Below are positions 44,028-59,644 of a stretch of DNA of 64,000 nucleotides, one piece after another. Position numbers and translations under genes: made by a program. Position 1 is the first letter of the stretch; each line of letters starts with the position of its first letter. The DNA lies in NCBI RefSeq assembly GCF_009914755.1, contig NC_060929.1; one strand, written 5' to 3'. The notes beneath the pieces were generated by a model. It saw nothing but the letters and a program-made list of their open reading frames with translations. It made no database searches and was not told where the DNA came from. The DNA comes from the human T2T-CHM13v2.0 reference genome, Homo sapiens.

Positions 44028-46382
44028 TTATACTCAAACTAAAGTAGTTAAGAAGCTAAGGAATTGGAGCACTTGCCCTCTGGTTCTATCTTCTTCATCC
44101 AAAGCAAGGGCCCCGTGGGCATAGTTCAGTTGAGGACTGTACTTGGCAGTTTCTCTCACCTTGAGACTTTTTGAAATTTCTACAAAATTCCAAATTCCTG
44201 AAAATGTATATGTTTATATACCTAGGTGTCTGTAGGATTTATCACAGTTTAGAACATTATCAGAACCATAAGAAGCAGATGTATTCTATGTTAATGCTAC
44301 CAGCTCAAGTTATCTGTCCTGAAATTTTTTAGTCTTAAATGCTTCTCTTCTATAAAGTAATATTTAAATATAACATTCAAATGATGATTTAACTGGCTGA
44401 AAGTAAGAAGGAAAGGTAAATTATTTAAGGTAAGGATTTTGATAAAACAAAAATAATTCTGTATTTGAAAGGAATATAAATCCTTAGTGTGGATTTACTT
44501 TTATTCTCTTTATCTCAGTCTGTCTAAAACTATATACTTTTCAAAGCAGAGTAATTTTTAAAATATGGATAATTATGTTCATTTCAATCAATAAATGGGG
44601 TACAGTTTAGAGACTAATGAAGGACTGAGATTGTTTGAGGTGATTTCATATTTCAGATGAAGCTAGGTATAGAAAAGTGGGAGTGTATGCTTAATGTTAA
44701 TTTTCCTCCCCAAAATTAATTTATAGAGTAATGTTTCTTAAATTGAAGTGCACATGTATCAGCCTTTTTATTTCAGATGTTTTAAATATTTGGGCCAAAG
44801 GTACCAAATCTCTAGAGGAGGGGCCTCAAAATATATGTTGTTGACAGGATCTAAGCAAATCATAAGCAGTTATGTATAAAAAGAAAATTCAGGCTACAGC
44901 AAGGACTCAAAAGCAGGGTTCAGGGAGTTTTTTTAAAAGAAGTTTGGATTTTTTCCAGCTACCTGAAAATTTTCTTTGGTCCTTAAATCATGCTCTATGA
45001 AGACCTATTCTATTTAATTCAGTTTTATACTTTATTTACTGAATCCCATCAGTCAGGAGAAAACTCAAAATACAATAGATAAATTGCTTAGAGAATGAAT
45101 AATGAAAATATAAGAAAGGTATACAGTTTCCAAAAAGGAATAGAGGAAGATAATTCAAGAGAATAGATATAAAACTGGTTTAATCAGTCAGTCTGAATCT
45201 TTGCCCAAGTCAGATTTTTAGGAGGGCTTACGGAATTGATGGATACTGTATGAAACAAAAAATGAAGGTAGGAATTACAAGAGTTGTCACCTAATATACA
45301 GAATTATATTAGATATGCACTTATAAATTTTGATGTTAGTTCTATTCCACTCTGAGCAGAATATTGAACTTGAATAAATTTTTCGTTTAATTTGAACAAA
45401 CCATAATTTTTCATTATTCCTAGTAGAAATGTAAAGTTACACAAAAAAGAATGTTATGGTTAGAGAATGAGTTTCTTTCTGAGACAGGCTGGAAGTGGAA
45501 AGTATGTTCTGTAATTGGCTGAGCTTCTACCAGAGGTTAGGTTTATGCAGTGTATAACTGTGCTCTGTATGGTTCTAAGTGCTGAACAAATAGTGGGGGA
45601 CAAGACTGACCTCACTCTCTCCAAGGTCACAATCTATTGGGAGAAGACAGTGAACAACAAACACATTAATGAGAGAAATCTCAGATAAGTGCCACTGCAG
45701 ATAATAGAAAGCCACCGGACTCTACTTTAAATAAAGAATTTGAATGAAATAATTCACAGAGCTTAGAGCTCAAGATGAAGCATAAGCACAGTCCATGAGC
45801 TGTGTTGGGGCAGAAGAAAAAAAGAGGAGAAATGTGAAGAAAAGTATTAAATATTTTTATGTCAGAGTTTATTTGAAAGTTATCCATTTCTCCTTGATGT
45901 CATGTTTTTAAATAAGTATATTTTATCAATTAAAAGTATTTAAAATCTTTTATATTCATTAAAATTATTTACATTTTCTTCCTTAATCTAAATTAGTGTT
46001 AGCTGGCTTTAGGACGTTGGGTCTAGACTAAGTATGTGTGTTGTTATCTCTTCAAAGAATATGTACCTGGTTCTCTTCCCCAATAATTCTGATATAGTAG
46101 ATCAAGGAAGAACCTGGACATGTTTAATGAAAACATTAAACATGCCTCAAAAGAGATTATGATGTGAACCCCTAAATGGAACCACTTTTTATAATGGTCT
46201 GTTATTCCTCTGGGTTCATTAGGGGAGCAATGGTAATGGAGAAATTTTACTAAAATTCCTCTGACCCCCATGCAAAAAAAAGCATTTGCCCTAGTCCCAG
46301 GGACCAACTCAAAGCATGCCTGACTCCCCAGTTAAAAGTGGACCTGATATTAGTAAAATACAAGGCTACTCTACATCCAGAC

Positions 46383-46568
46383 CAGCGGTTCTCAAATTGT
46401 GGTTACTGCACCAGCAGCATCAGGAACACCTGGGACCATGTGAGAAATGGAAATTGAACTGCACCACAGACTTATTGAATCAGAAAATATGGCTGTGGGT
46501 CCCATTATTCTGTCTTTTAATAAGCCCTTCCACTGATTCTGATGCATACTCAAGTTTAAGAGCTGCTG
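46383..46568 (+). mobile_element. MER5A, full length
   Basis: cagcggttctcaaa...ccagcagcatcag...gattctgatgcatactcaagtttaagagctgctg. Confidence 0.85.
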
Positions 46569-47971
46569 GTTCTAAATGGTCACTAAATGGTTCTAAATGG
46601 TTCTCTCAGCCTTATGCTAATCAACAAAGTAAGTTTATTTACAAATTTAAAGTGAAATTCCTTTTTGATTACATAAAAATGTAAAAATGACACAGGATCT
46701 GTTTACAAAAGTAAAAATTATTTAAAAGATTTGTGTCACAGGTTTTATTTCTGGCCATATATAATATTACATGTCCTCCAAAAAATTAAATTAAAATTTT
46801 TCCAAGTTTATAGTTGCCTTCAATACACTCCCCTTCAGTAGAATCCAGAGAAAAAAATGAAATTCAGTTAGCATCCCCTTGATCTGTCTCTGGGAGGGAC
46901 ACAATAAGATGGATCCACATGCACAAACTAATATACTCCTGTCATCATTCAAATGACAGCTAAGAGATTGAAACCTAGTTCCCAACTTTATTATAGGGCT
47001 GCTTTGCTATAGCTGATCCTTTCATACATGTAACAACCAATCATGCTGTAATTATTTCATATTTGTTAACATTTCCCCTAAATATATTATAAATTATTTG
47101 AAGTCAAGGCCCATTTCTATACTTCTTTCTTATGCATCTTTGATATGTCAAACAATATCTGGCATATAGTAGATGTTGATATGATTGATTGATGCATTTT
47201 TTTCTAAGGACTTGAGCAGGATAAATTGTCTCACTGCTTGTAATTTAATTATTATTACAATTGCAATTATAAAACAACTATTTGGCATTTTAAGTGAGAT
47301 CTTAAATTTCTAAGAAATTGGTTTAAAAGAGTTTGATCCAAGATTGCAGAAGTGGTATTCCAAATACTTAACACCTGGTATGGAATATAGGCATGGATGT
47401 GCCCAAAGCACTGCAGGGATACCTGCTCCACAAGGACCCTATTGCAAAGAATATTTCCCACATATATATATATGATTTTGAGGCATAATTTGAATTAAAG
47501 GTTATTGTCTAGGTAAATAAAATTCTAGAGTTGATTGAACAACAAGCAAAATGGTGTTTCTTGACACATTTCCCCATTTCAGATTTTAACAAAATGCAAA
47601 ACATCTGAGCCCTTGTTTCATCTTCAGCCGTAACGCATATATAATACATGGGTTTCTACTCAATTCAAGATCTTTGTTTTTAGTGTTTTTTCTCCAAGTT
47701 GTCTTCATTTTCCATGCCAATCTGACCGGATGCTTCCGTGAGAGCCTGACTTGGTTAGCAGTTTAGAACATTCACAGACAAATGCCAGCAGCAGCCTGTG
47801 TGGTAGACTAATGGGTGAACAACAGAGGAGATTACAGAATTGGAAGAGCTGCTTTGCCAGCCCTTGAAACAGTGGTGACTAACCCACTGTGGCTCTATTT
47901 ACTAGCAATAGAAGGATAACAAAGCTATTCGGTGTCTGGAGGAAACTTTCCAAAACTATGGTAATGGTTTA

Positions 47972-48148
<177 letters not shown>

Positions 48149-49004
48149 CTAAATATATTTGGAAGAAAAGTAAAATCAAAAGAAACTATTGAGTTGTTTT
48201 TTGTGTGGTTCTAAAAACAAAAGGCACAAAACATTGGTAAACAAACAAGCAAACAAGCAAATCTTTTTCAATGTGTCTTAAAACCCGGCAAGTATTTCCA
48301 GCAAATATATAGAAAAAAGTAATAAGGCTTTAAAAGAATTCCCCTTCATTTTACTCTGAGCATACATAGAAAATATTGTTTTAATTAAAATGCTTCCTTT
48401 GCTAACTCTGCATTTTCAACCCTATAAATATTGAAACAACTCTACTCATCTTAGCCTAGATTTCAAAATAACTTATCAGAGCCCATATCTGTACTATGGT
48501 ATTAAATTAAATCTGTAGCACATGTCAATAATATGCCAGATTACCTCAATCTCTAAAAACAGTGATAAACTATTTCTTCTTGCTAGGATATAGATAATCT
48601 AAATCTCTTGGCTACATTTAACTGATAGATTCATTTTTGGCAAATGTGTTGACATTCTGAGATACAGGGAGACTAATCCCAACATCTGCACTGTCCCTGA
48701 AATAGCAGAATTACTGCTCTGTGTTGGGGGAAAATCCATAAACATGGATTTTTAAGGTTTTTTTTTTTCCTAGGAAAAATGGAAAATCGAGGGAAGTAGT
48801 AAGAGGTAGACAAGAGCTCCTTTTCCCCTTATACACAAGTTTCGATTGCTGCATCTAAAGATAATTTTCTCGGAAAAGTTTGTAGATCACAATAGGGAAG
48901 TCAGTTTATCGTCTACTCAAAGTGCCCACCCATTTTAGTTTAAGAAGACCTAGGGAACTAAAACTACTTATTTCATAACTCTCAGCAGTTTGTTCAGGGT
49001 AGAG

Positions 49005-49230
49005 AAGTAGCATCGTGATTAGCATGTGGCCTCTGGAGCCAAAATGTCTGGGTTCAACTCCTGGCTCTACATTTATTAGTGAATTACCATAGGAGAAGTC
49101 ACTGAAGTGTCCCATGACTCAATTTTATTTGCAAAATGGGCAACATAATAGTACCTCCCTCATAATTTTGTTGTGAATATTAAATGAGATAGTACCTATA
49201 AAATTATTAGAATTTGCCTGGAGCTTAGTA
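49005..49230 (+). mobile_element. MIR
   Basis: ctctggagcc...ctgggttcaactcctggctctac...gcaaaatggg...ataatagtacctccctcata...ttgtgaatattaaatgagata. Confidence 0.8.
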
Positions 49231-49776
49231 TCTTCTTAATTATCATCAGAGGGTAGTTTTTCTCCAACAGTGCTAGATTTTGGAAATTCTTCAATGGGCT
49301 ATGTAAATCCTGAACAATACATACAAATTCCCATTGGCTTAATACATGAAATCTGAAAGTTGAGCATATTATCATTTGTCATGTATCATGAGAAACACCA
49401 TCCCCAATGCAGTCTACAGATTATATGTTTTCACTCTTCCCATAGAGATAGAGTGGCTTAGCTTATTCTCGAGAGATGAATACCTTCTTTCCTATTCCTT
49501 CACAGGTTAGCCTTATGGAGGCCAATAGAAATGCTTGAGTTTCCCCTGTTGCCAAGTTGACATAACCAGAGACTTTGCCAAGACTACATGTCAGAGACCC
49601 TTCTGTCCATGTATCTGTAGGAAGTCTCTGACCTAACACAGCACTCCTTTTCATCAAAAGAGATATATCTCACTCTATTTGCAAGCCAAAACCAAGGAAA
49701 GATTGTGAAGGATGAAGGAGACATTATTTGTGTTTTTTTACATCCATTTCCCTTATGCTGGTAGTTTCCCTAAGGT

Positions 49777-49805
49777 ACACACACACACACACACACACAC
49801 GCACA
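49777..49805. repeat. (CA)n microsatellite
   Basis: acacacacacacacacacacacacgcaca. Confidence 0.9.
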
Positions 49806-52800
49806 TTTATTTGCATATTCTGAAAAATATTTTCTTAATTCACACAATAGCCCTCTAAGGATACTGTTGTTAGTCTCGATTACAAATATAAAAACGGAAG
49901 ATACTTAGGTTATTTAACTCACACACACACAGGTGGTAAGGTGATAAAGGTCGGTAATAATGGATGTTAACACTTAAGCCTCTGACTTTTAGACTCTATT
50001 GCTCCCCATCTCTGACTACTTTGCCTCTCCATCACATCTTCCTCCTCTTTCCCATTCCTACAAGGGAACCCTGTTGCAAACCATCTGACAAAATGACTCA
50101 TCAAGATAATTTTCTTTAATGACTTAATGTGCTGTTCCTCCCAAGGATGATGGCATGCCATAGAGGATAACGTCTGAATCTTAGAGAACAAAATCTAACA
50201 TACTTTATTTATGTCATAAGCAGAAGATACAGAGCAGAGCAGGAGGTAGAATTCAGGGGCAAAAGATTAGGCAGCTGCTTACATTGTCTGGCCAAAAGAC
50301 AAGAAAGTACTGTCAGTAAACTGCAAGATATTCTCTTATGTATACTTTTGAAACTGAAAATTAATAGAACAAAGAGGAATGAAGGATGATTTTAAGCAAA
50401 AAATAAACCAATATTTGTGAAGGTGCATGCAACGTCCTGGGATTAAACTATACTAACAGACTGAGCTATAGTAATAGTATAAGATACAACTGAATTTTTG
50501 ACCCGTTATTTCTGAGGATGAACTGCAAGTGGTATTGTAGATTATATTTAGCTTAGATACCCCTTTGTTTCTTTCTGCTTTACCTGAAATGGGAGCACAA
50601 TATTCAAAGACTCAATCAACCATTTTTTTTCCACTTTGCAACTAGTTTAGGCAAGCTTAAAAAGGTTTAGCTATTATTTTTATATTATTATTTAGTTATT
50701 GTTTCAAAATAGAGGGAAGACATAGGTGATTTAATATCCTTTCGAATTTTGAAAATAATTTTGGGACGCAGCGTATGGTCAGGCAAGTTATAATTTGATC
50801 ATCTTGTGAGTAATGGACAATGACTGCACCTATTATAAACATCTGTGAATGTGAAAGGGGAGTTCTGAAGGACTGAAGCCTAGAGGACTTCTTTACTTTT
50901 TGTAAGGAATCACTCCAGTTTTTCTGTTCTTTGGTGAGGATGATCAAGTTTGCCTATCAAATTATTTTTGGAAAGGAGCTCCAGAATTTTGTTTGAGGAT
51001 TGTTGGATCAGTAGCTTATAGTTCTATATGTGTATATTTTGAATCAAAACTAAATGCCAGTTAAAAGAGCCTCCTGGAGGAAAGTGAGTTAAGGGCATAC
51101 TGGATCTCCCCGTGTTTCTTACAAGTTTATGACTCTACAATTACCTTAACATTAAAAGCTATAAAAAAAGGTTTTTTTTTTTTTTAACTCAAAGAAACAC
51201 CTGAAAATTATATTATTAATGAAAGGACACATGAATTATATTTCCCATTCATGTAAAACAGATATTTTGTAAATTTATAGGCATATTCTTGTAGTGAAAT
51301 TCTATTATTTATATTAAGTTGTAACTATATTAGTTTTTATGTCCCTTAAAACATGAATAGCCCAGGTAGTATTGTGAATCTATTTAAGGGTCTTTGGACA
51401 ATTTAGTTCAATCACTTAGGAAGACCTAGGAGGAGAAGGGTACGCTTTTAGAAAATGAAAATATAAAGTCAAATACGTAATGGCTTTTCTATTGATAAGT
51501 CTATGTACTATTGGGAATAAAAGACAAACACAGATAATTACAATAAAACATGTTACATGGCAGTAAGTGATGACTTAAGATGATGACAAGGGGACTATGG
51601 GGCAAAGGTAAAGGCAGGTCATACTGGCTGGGGTTCCACGATCAAATTATTGTTGGAGATGAGACCTGAACTGAGTCATGAAGGTTAAGAAGTGTCCAGG
51701 GGAAGGCTGGGAAGGGTGGGAAGGCAAGAGCAAATTATTAAGGTAAAACAGTATGGTGTTTTCAAATATCATAAGAGGTTTGATTTACCAACTGGAGTAC
51801 AAGGAACAAGTCAGGAAGCTGGGAAAAGTGAAGTTGGGAGATAATGAGACTCAGTTTAGTAAACATCTTGTGCAGATTCTAAGAATTTTGGCAACTAGGA
51901 AGGATTTTGTCTACAAATATAAAATTGTTTAAAGAATACATTAGAAATAAAGTAATATTTAGCAAATTTCTTCAGTAAATAGTAGCAATCTATAAAGCTT
52001 ATTTTAGATTATATTTAAAATCTTAAAAAATAAAGTTTGATAGTCAACATTACAAAAGCGATTATGACAAAAATCAGTTCATATTACTTTGCGAATGTTC
52101 CCTCATGATGCATCATCACCTTAGTAATGGAGAAAATTTTGTGACTTGATAATCTCTGAGTGGAAATAACTTAGAAGTCACAATTTTCGTGTAAATGCAT
52201 TTTTTTCTTTTAATACTCATATATATAATTGTTTGGGCTGGTAATGTTTTGATGAGTGACTAAATAGTTAATCTGAGAAGGTGGCCATTCACAAGCATCT
52301 TTCCCAGCTGCTGCTTCTCATTCTTCTCCAGAAGAGGAGCATCTGACCTATTGTCCCCCTAGCAATCATGTTGGACAAAGGCTTCTTCTGTTTTGGTGCT
52401 ATTAGAATGAAAAAGCTATTGGTCTGGAGGGTAAGTTTCTCACTAAATATTTTTCCATAAACACAAAAGGAGAAAGTATATGGCAAATAAAACTTGTATT
52501 TAATAGAATGGATATAGACAAGGAAAACTAGATGTGAAAAATAAGTGCAAAATCCTTCTATCCACTCCTAGATAAATAGAACATAAATATACAATGGAAT
52601 TCTATAGACTGAGTAAATTAATTCAGCTAATGTGTATTAAGCACCAGTGTGCAGGGTAGGTGTTAGCTCTCATTCTGAAGGTTACAAAGGCAAACAAGAT
52701 GTGGTCCTTGCCTCAAGGAGTTTTAAAGCTCAATAAAATAAAGACCCAAATAAGTAATGACAATACAAAAAAAAAAAAAACCAGAAAGAAAATATATTAA

Positions 52801-53534
52801 GTGTGGTATGAGAGATAAAATATGTTATACATTACTTTAAATAGTGAAGCCATCCTGAAGAAGACAGCTGGTGTTTGAGGTGACTTTTCAAGAGCAGGGT
52901 TTTAATAGGGGGGATTTGGGAAGTTGAGAAGGAACATTCCAGGGAGAGAAAGTGCATGCATAAAAACAGGCTTGGAGAGAGAAAGAGCTCAAGTGCTTGA
53001 GCCACATTTCTCCCCACCTCCCCCAATGGCACTTTGAGGTGGCCACTAGCTAAAACTAAAGGTTCTGCTTCATTGAGTGGTAGTGGTGCTTTTCTGGGTG
53101 AGGAATGTACTTTCCAAAAAAAAATTATTGTGAAACGTGGAAAGTCTCATTAATTCAGAATCAGTCACATCTATTTTTCTCTAAACATTTTAACTTGAAA
53201 TTGATTATAATGCTATATAGTTTCATAGTTTTAATCAAGGTGCTGAAACATATCATAGTTAGCACAATGTAAGACACAAATACTAACCTCTCTAAATGAA
53301 ACCTCTCTCTCCCAAGAATTGTTGTCAGTGTCCTAAGTTCATCTATTATATCCTAGCACAGAAGGACTTAGGGAGCTCCTTGGGGTTGTTATCACATTTT
53401 CACTAATACCTCTGGGATTATGTGGCCATACCATAGTGTGAGTCTAAATGGCTCTAAATGTGGTTTTACCTCTCTTTAAAAATGAAACAAAGTTAAATGA
53501 AGTGAAGCCTCAAAACATTATGGGAACTGTAATG

Positions 53535-53881
53535 TCCCATGGACCAATATTGGAACTGGGCCACACAGCGGGAGGCAAGCCATAGGCAAGCGAGAGCGAG
53601 GTTTCAACTGTATTTAGCCACTCTCCATCACTAGCATTACTGCCTGAGCACTGCCTCTTATCAGATCAGTGGCAGCATTAGATTCTCACAGGAGTGCGAA
53701 CCCTACTGTGAACAATGCAAGGAAGGGATCTAGGTTGCACACTCCATATGAGAATCTAACTAATACCTGATAATCTGGGGTGGAACAGTTTCATCTACAA
53801 ACCATCTCCTCATTCCCTTTCGTGTAAAAAATTGTCTTCCACGAAACCAGTCTCTGCTGCCAAAAAGGTTGGGGACCGCTG
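53535..53881 (+). mobile_element. MER1B-like hAT MITE (Charlie3 derivative)
   Basis: tcagatcagtggcagcattagattctcacaggagtgcgaaccc...ccaaaaaggttggggaccgctg; collinear with both ends of the element at 57419-60580. Confidence 0.85.
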
Positions 53882-53985
53882 GCCTATAGCTCATAGGGTT
53901 GCAAAGAATCTCAGAGAGTGGGTGCTAAATATATATTTACTGTGTGCTCAATCAGAATAGTGGCAAGTTAACCAACCTTCTATAC

Positions 53986-54152
53986 CAATAGTTCTCAAAT
54001 ATGAACGTGCATCAGAATCATCTGGAAGACTTGCTTAAAGACAGATTGCTGGGATTTTTGACTTAGTAATTCTAGATTGGAGTAGAGAATTAGAATTCCT
54101 GGCATATTTCCAAACAGTGCTGATTCTGCTTTTCCAAGGACCACACACTGTT
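53986..54152. mobile_element. MER5-type fragment
   Basis: caatagttctcaaa...gcatcagaatcatctggaagacttgcttaaagacagattgctggg. Confidence 0.7.
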
Positions 54153-57100
54153 CTATACAATATGATTCAGAGACAAAGCACAGCTTTGATGCAAAAAAGC
54201 ATTGACAGAACGTGTGCATAGAAGCAGAACCACAGACAGGAATACACACAAGTAATAGCGGCAGCTTAACAACAAGAAAAATTTTAAACAATGTGGAAAA
54301 TTAGTAACCTCATTTTTGAACAGGTATGGGATTTTTAACATCTACATAACTATGGTATTGTGAATTTGGGATTTGTGTACAGATATACTGCATTGTTGTT
54401 GATAGTCATCAGAATCTTTATTTTCTTCTCCATTTTAAAAGTGTGGAAATGTTGGTGGAAACTTAAGTGCCTTCAACTACTCATAAGAATTTTATGGGCT
54501 TTTTCAAAGGGCTAACTGTGTTAACACCAAGAATTAAAGGACTATATGGCCCCCTTAAATATATGCACATGGTCAAGAAATTGTCTCAAAGCAATAGGGC
54601 TCCACTTTATCCTTCACCCTACACCCAGTGTTGAAAGCATGTATTAATACTTGCTCTAGAATGATCTCATTGCCATTAAAAGGAGGGTACTAGACTGGGC
54701 TAATCAGTAATCTATGTCTAGTCCACCTCCTACCATTATACACTCTGGTTGCCTTTTTAGTATAATGTATTTGAGTTATTTAGTTTCTCTATCTTCCACA
54801 GTTCTGTCAATACGCTTGACATGCATTTGGAATTACAGATAGAAATGAGATCTGAATTTGCAGAAAATCCTTTCTATCTCTGGATAAGATGATATATCTT
54901 TCACAGTATGCTAAATACCAAAATGACATTTTACATTCTCACCTGATAATTCAAGTCATAGGATAAATACAGTGCCTAGCTTAGCCTTATTGATGAGTAC
55001 AGTGGCAGATCCCAAAACACTTGTCAATTTAAGACTATATTTAACCAATATTGTCATTCAGCCATTGTCATTGATCTAACATTAAAAGTATCAGAAACTT
55101 ACAATGCAATATAGGGACAATATTCTTAAGTGGTAAATTAATTGTTAAAGTGTGTTAAAGATCAATTTCTTACTGCATTTTTATTACAAATGAAATATGA
55201 CTCCAGATCTTTCACAGTGATCATAAGTGAACAAATATTTGCAGATGACCATCTAATAGGTTTCTTCACAACACTGTGCTAGATCAATAGATTTGGTAAA
55301 CTTGACTTTTTTTTTCTAATTTTTTCCTCACTGGTAGAGATTTTTTAAATGTATTTAACATTATGGAAATATTTCAGGAAATAATTACTTATCAATATTG
55401 TAATAATGTCATGTTTTCAAACATTATCCTCTCTGTTCTTAGGATACATTCACAGTGAGACACAAATGACACGTGTCTAGGACAGAAATGGATTTGTAAT
55501 TCTTGAGAACTGTTCATAATAAGTGCTGATATAAATTGAATTCACAAAGTGTGAAATGATTCTATCGCTAGTTTTGGGTAAAATAAAGATCTAGAAAAGC
55601 TTGTGTTCCCCTGGAGATAGAAACTCTACCCTTATTCCCAACTACCAGCAATCCAGCAAACAAACAAAAAAACAACAACTACTGGAAACACTTACATGTT
55701 TGAGTCATTTGCTGTGACCCAAGATAACTGACTTTTGATCCCATTTTGCAATGGGATAAATTGCGGGAAATGGTACAAGACAGAAAAGTTAAGAAAAGAA
55801 GCCTGAACGATTACGTTAGAAAAGTCCTGCACAATTCATTTGAATGGTAACAAAGCCATGAGCAAGGCAGAGAGTAATTCTTCCCGATAGGTAAACATTT
55901 CTGTATCAGAAAACATATTTCTATATAAAGTTTTATGTAGCAATTTATTGGTTTTTCTTTCCCCTCATTTCCTTTAGTAGATAACTCAACCCTTCAAAAA
56001 TTCTGAAAAGTTCGAAATCCTGGCTTTTTGCCAGAGCATCATGGCCACATCCCACTTTTGTCTCTATTCTTATCTAATGCATTTCATATTTTAAGGAAAA
56101 TCCCAAGGGAATCTTTGTGTGGTTTGTGTCTTCTCGCGAGCATTGGAAGGACAGAAAGTCTGCCAGTCTGTACAGAAAGTTTCATATACTGACCATGCAA
56201 AAATAAGGCACAATCATTGCAATGTTATCACTTCTGGGAAAATATATCCAGAATGCAAAATAATGTTAGAAACATGTTATGCATCAGTAGAAGCCAACTT
56301 ACTACCTAGATTAGATCTATTATGATACAGAAGCTTTGGCAAGCATGTCAACTGTCATATTTTTCCCCAAAGTACTAAGTTATTTTACATTATTTTGAGA
56401 TATCTTCTATGTTCAATCAAAACCTCTGATCAATCTAATTTGAGCTAAAATTACTAAATTTAAAAAATACTTGTTATTTTAGTGAGAAAAGTTCAGATCA
56501 TTTAAGGCTTGGTCTTAGCAAATTGTAGAGTCAGAGAAGATTTCGAAGAAATCTAGATATTGTCTGTTTCATATCCAATTCTCTTTCGTAATAGATGACA
56601 TTGGGAAATCCAGAGAGATTGAGGGACTTACCTGTAAAGGTTACTTAGAGCCTTAAGTAAATACTTAGTCTACCTCACCATGAGGCTCCTGCTAACATTT
56701 ACAAACAGTTGGCAGCCAGGCAAAGATTTTATATCTTGTTCATTACACAGAAACAATTCATTCTATTTGGGCTTGGCCACTGCATTTTATTTATAAAGAG
56801 AGAAAAAAAATTAAGCCACATAAAGGGTTAGAGGAGTTACTGCATGGCATATTTTAATAAATGATCAACATGTTAATATAGACATTTACCCTAAAGACAT
56901 TGCTATAAACTGTCTACCACATTTACTCAGGTTTTTATGAATTTCTTTAATATAACTAATTATAATATAGAGTATCTTTTCTCCTCAATTTAAGGAAAAT
57001 AATAAAATGGGTCAGTAGAGCACATCTTGATATTGGGTTTCCTGTAAGAAAAAGTCTTACTTGATGCATTAAAGTGTTCACAAATTTGCTAATCATGAAC

Positions 57101-58291
57101 AGCCCTGAGTAGTTTTAAATACTTAATATGGAATAAGTTTGAGGGGTTCAAGCTGTAGGCTCACTTTGAACATGTGTATTGTAAATTTGACAAGCTTCCA
57201 ACATGGTATAGAATAATACATAATTGGCCTCTTAATTCCTTCAAAGATTATTTCCATGATTACTTAGTGGGTAATCATAATACTTATAAGAAATATATAT
57301 TCCACTGTGTGGTATGTGAATTTTGATTTGATTGTGCAGAAAGACAATTTATCTATTTATGTATACTTGACAAATGGCAACATTGATTCATTTGCCATAA
57401 CTATATATTTATGTAACTCAGGGGCCTCCAACCACTGGGCCATGGACTGGTACTGGTCCATGGCCTGGTAGGAACCAGGCTGCACAGCAGGAAGTGGCCG
57501 GTGGTGAGTGAGTGAAGCTCCATCTGTATTTGCAGCCACTCCACAGCTACTGCCCATCAGTCGTTACTGCCTGATCTCTGCCTCCCATCAGATCAGCAGC
57601 AGCATTAGATTCTCATAGGAGCTCGAACACTATTGTGAACTGCATATGTGAGGGACTGGGTTGCATGCTTCTTATGAGAATCTAATGCCTGATGATCTGA
57701 GGTGAAGCTGAGGTGGTGATGCTAGCACTGAGGAGCAGATGCAAATATAGATGAACGTTAGCAGACAGATTTGACTGCACAGAGACCATCATAAATCAGT
57801 TGCTTACAGACTCATATCAAAACCCTATCTGTGCTGCATCTGGTGTCAGGCTTTAAGTCAGAATCTAGCACTTAATTTAGTCCATGTATGGCCCATCCAT
57901 TATTGTATTTACCACTTCCACCCATGCTTCTTTCCTGCACTGTGCACTTGTTTCAGTCACAGTTTTGGTAAGCCCTCAAGCTAACCCAGCCAAAATGAGT
58001 AAAAAACAAACATCACTGGAGTGCTTCTTTGAAGGAGGGAAAGACCCAGTGATGCAACAGCGGAAGACTTCTAAGACTGCCTACAAAAATTCAGCATTTA
58101 AAAGAAAATAACAAGAGTCCCACTTAAATTATGGGTTCACTGCAACAGGTGATTCACATTCATTCTGCAAGCCTGCTTTGTATAATATGTGATGACTGGC
58201 TATCCAAAAAAGCCATAAAACCTTTAAAACTTCTTCACCACATGCAGATTAAGCACCCTGTGTCAAAAGTCAAGTTCAAGTCTTTGGAGGT

Positions 58292-58559
58292 TTTCTTTTT
58301 TTTCTTTTTCTCTACTTTTTTTTTCTTTTTGAGGTAGGGTCTCACTCTGTCACCCAGGCTGGAGTGCAGTGGCACAACCTCTGCCTCCCGGACTCAAGTG
58401 ATCCTTCCATCTCAGTATCCCTAGTAGCTGGAACCACAGGCATGTGCCGCCATGCCTGATTTTTGTATTTTTTGTATATATGGGGTTTCACCATGTTGCT
58501 CAGGCTGGTCTCAAACTCCTGGCCTCAAGCAATCCACCCACCTAGGCCTCCCAAAGTGC
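58292..58559 (-). mobile_element. AluJ-like element inside Charlie3
   Basis: ctcaagtgatccttcc and ctcctggcctcaagcaatcc are J-type; has an internal deletion and 5' truncation. Confidence 0.85.
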
Positions 58560-59353
58560 CAGTCCATTTTGAAGTTTTTCAAAAGAAAAAAAAAAAGATG
58601 AACATGAAGAACAGAAGCAAACATTGAAGGACACCACTTCATCAAATGTGTCTAAACTGAGAGCATCATTCTTAGTGGCTAACCACATTGCTACAGCTAA
58701 GAGACCCTTTACTATTGGTGAAGAGTTGATCCTTCCTGCTGCTAAGGACATTTGTCATGAACTTACAGAAGAGGCTGCAGTTCAAAAGTTGGCACATGTT
58801 CCTCTTTCAGCTAGCACCATAACTAGACCAATTGATGAAATAGCAGGGGATATCAGGGCACAATTGTTAGAGAGGACTAATGAGTCACCATGGTATGTAG
58901 TCTAGGTTGATGTGTCTATTGATGTTGACAAGGCAACAATGCTTGTTTTAGTGCAATATATTTTTCAGGAGGATGTGCATGAGGATTTGTTATGTGCACT
59001 TTTGTTGGCAATCAACACCACAGCTGCATAAACATTCAAGTCTTTGAATGAATATATATCAAGAAAACTGAATTGGTCATTTTGTGTCAGTATATGCATA
59101 GACAGAGTAGCTGCCGTGACTAAAATGGCTTTCTGATTTCACTGCTCGGGTCAAAGAGGTCGCTTCTGAATGTGAGTCTATGCACTGTGTCATCTACAGA
59201 GAAATGCTGGCTAGCCAAAAAATGTCACTTGAACTTAACAACATTTTGCAGGATGTGATTAAAATTATCAACCACATTAAAGTACATGCTCTTAACTCAT
59301 GTCTGTTTGCACAGTTCTGTGAGGAGACAGACAGAGAGCACACACATCTTCTC

Positions 59354-59644
59354 TTTTTTTTGAGACAGAATCTCACTCTGTTGCCCAGGCCAGAGTGCAG
59401 TGGCACGATCTCAGTTCACCACAACCTCTGCCTCCTGGGTTCCAGTGATTCTCCTGCCTCAGCCTCCCAAGTAGCTGAGATTATAGGGTGCCCATCACCA
59501 TGCCCGGCTAATTTTTGTGGTTTTAGTAGAGACAGGGTTTCTCCATGTTGGCCAGGCTGGCATTGAACTCCTGACCTCAAGTGATCTGCCCGCCTTAGCC
59601 TCCCAAAGTGCTGGGATTACAGGTGTGAGCCACTGCGCCCAGCT
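59354..59644 (-). mobile_element. AluS-like element inside Charlie3
   Basis: Full Alu; TSD acatcttctctt / acatcttccctt at 59344 and 59645. Confidence 0.92.

Noticed and set aside
57374-57398. Small hairpin atggcaa...ttgccat next to the Charlie3 left end
   Set aside because: A 7-bp stem is expected by chance in 64 kb.
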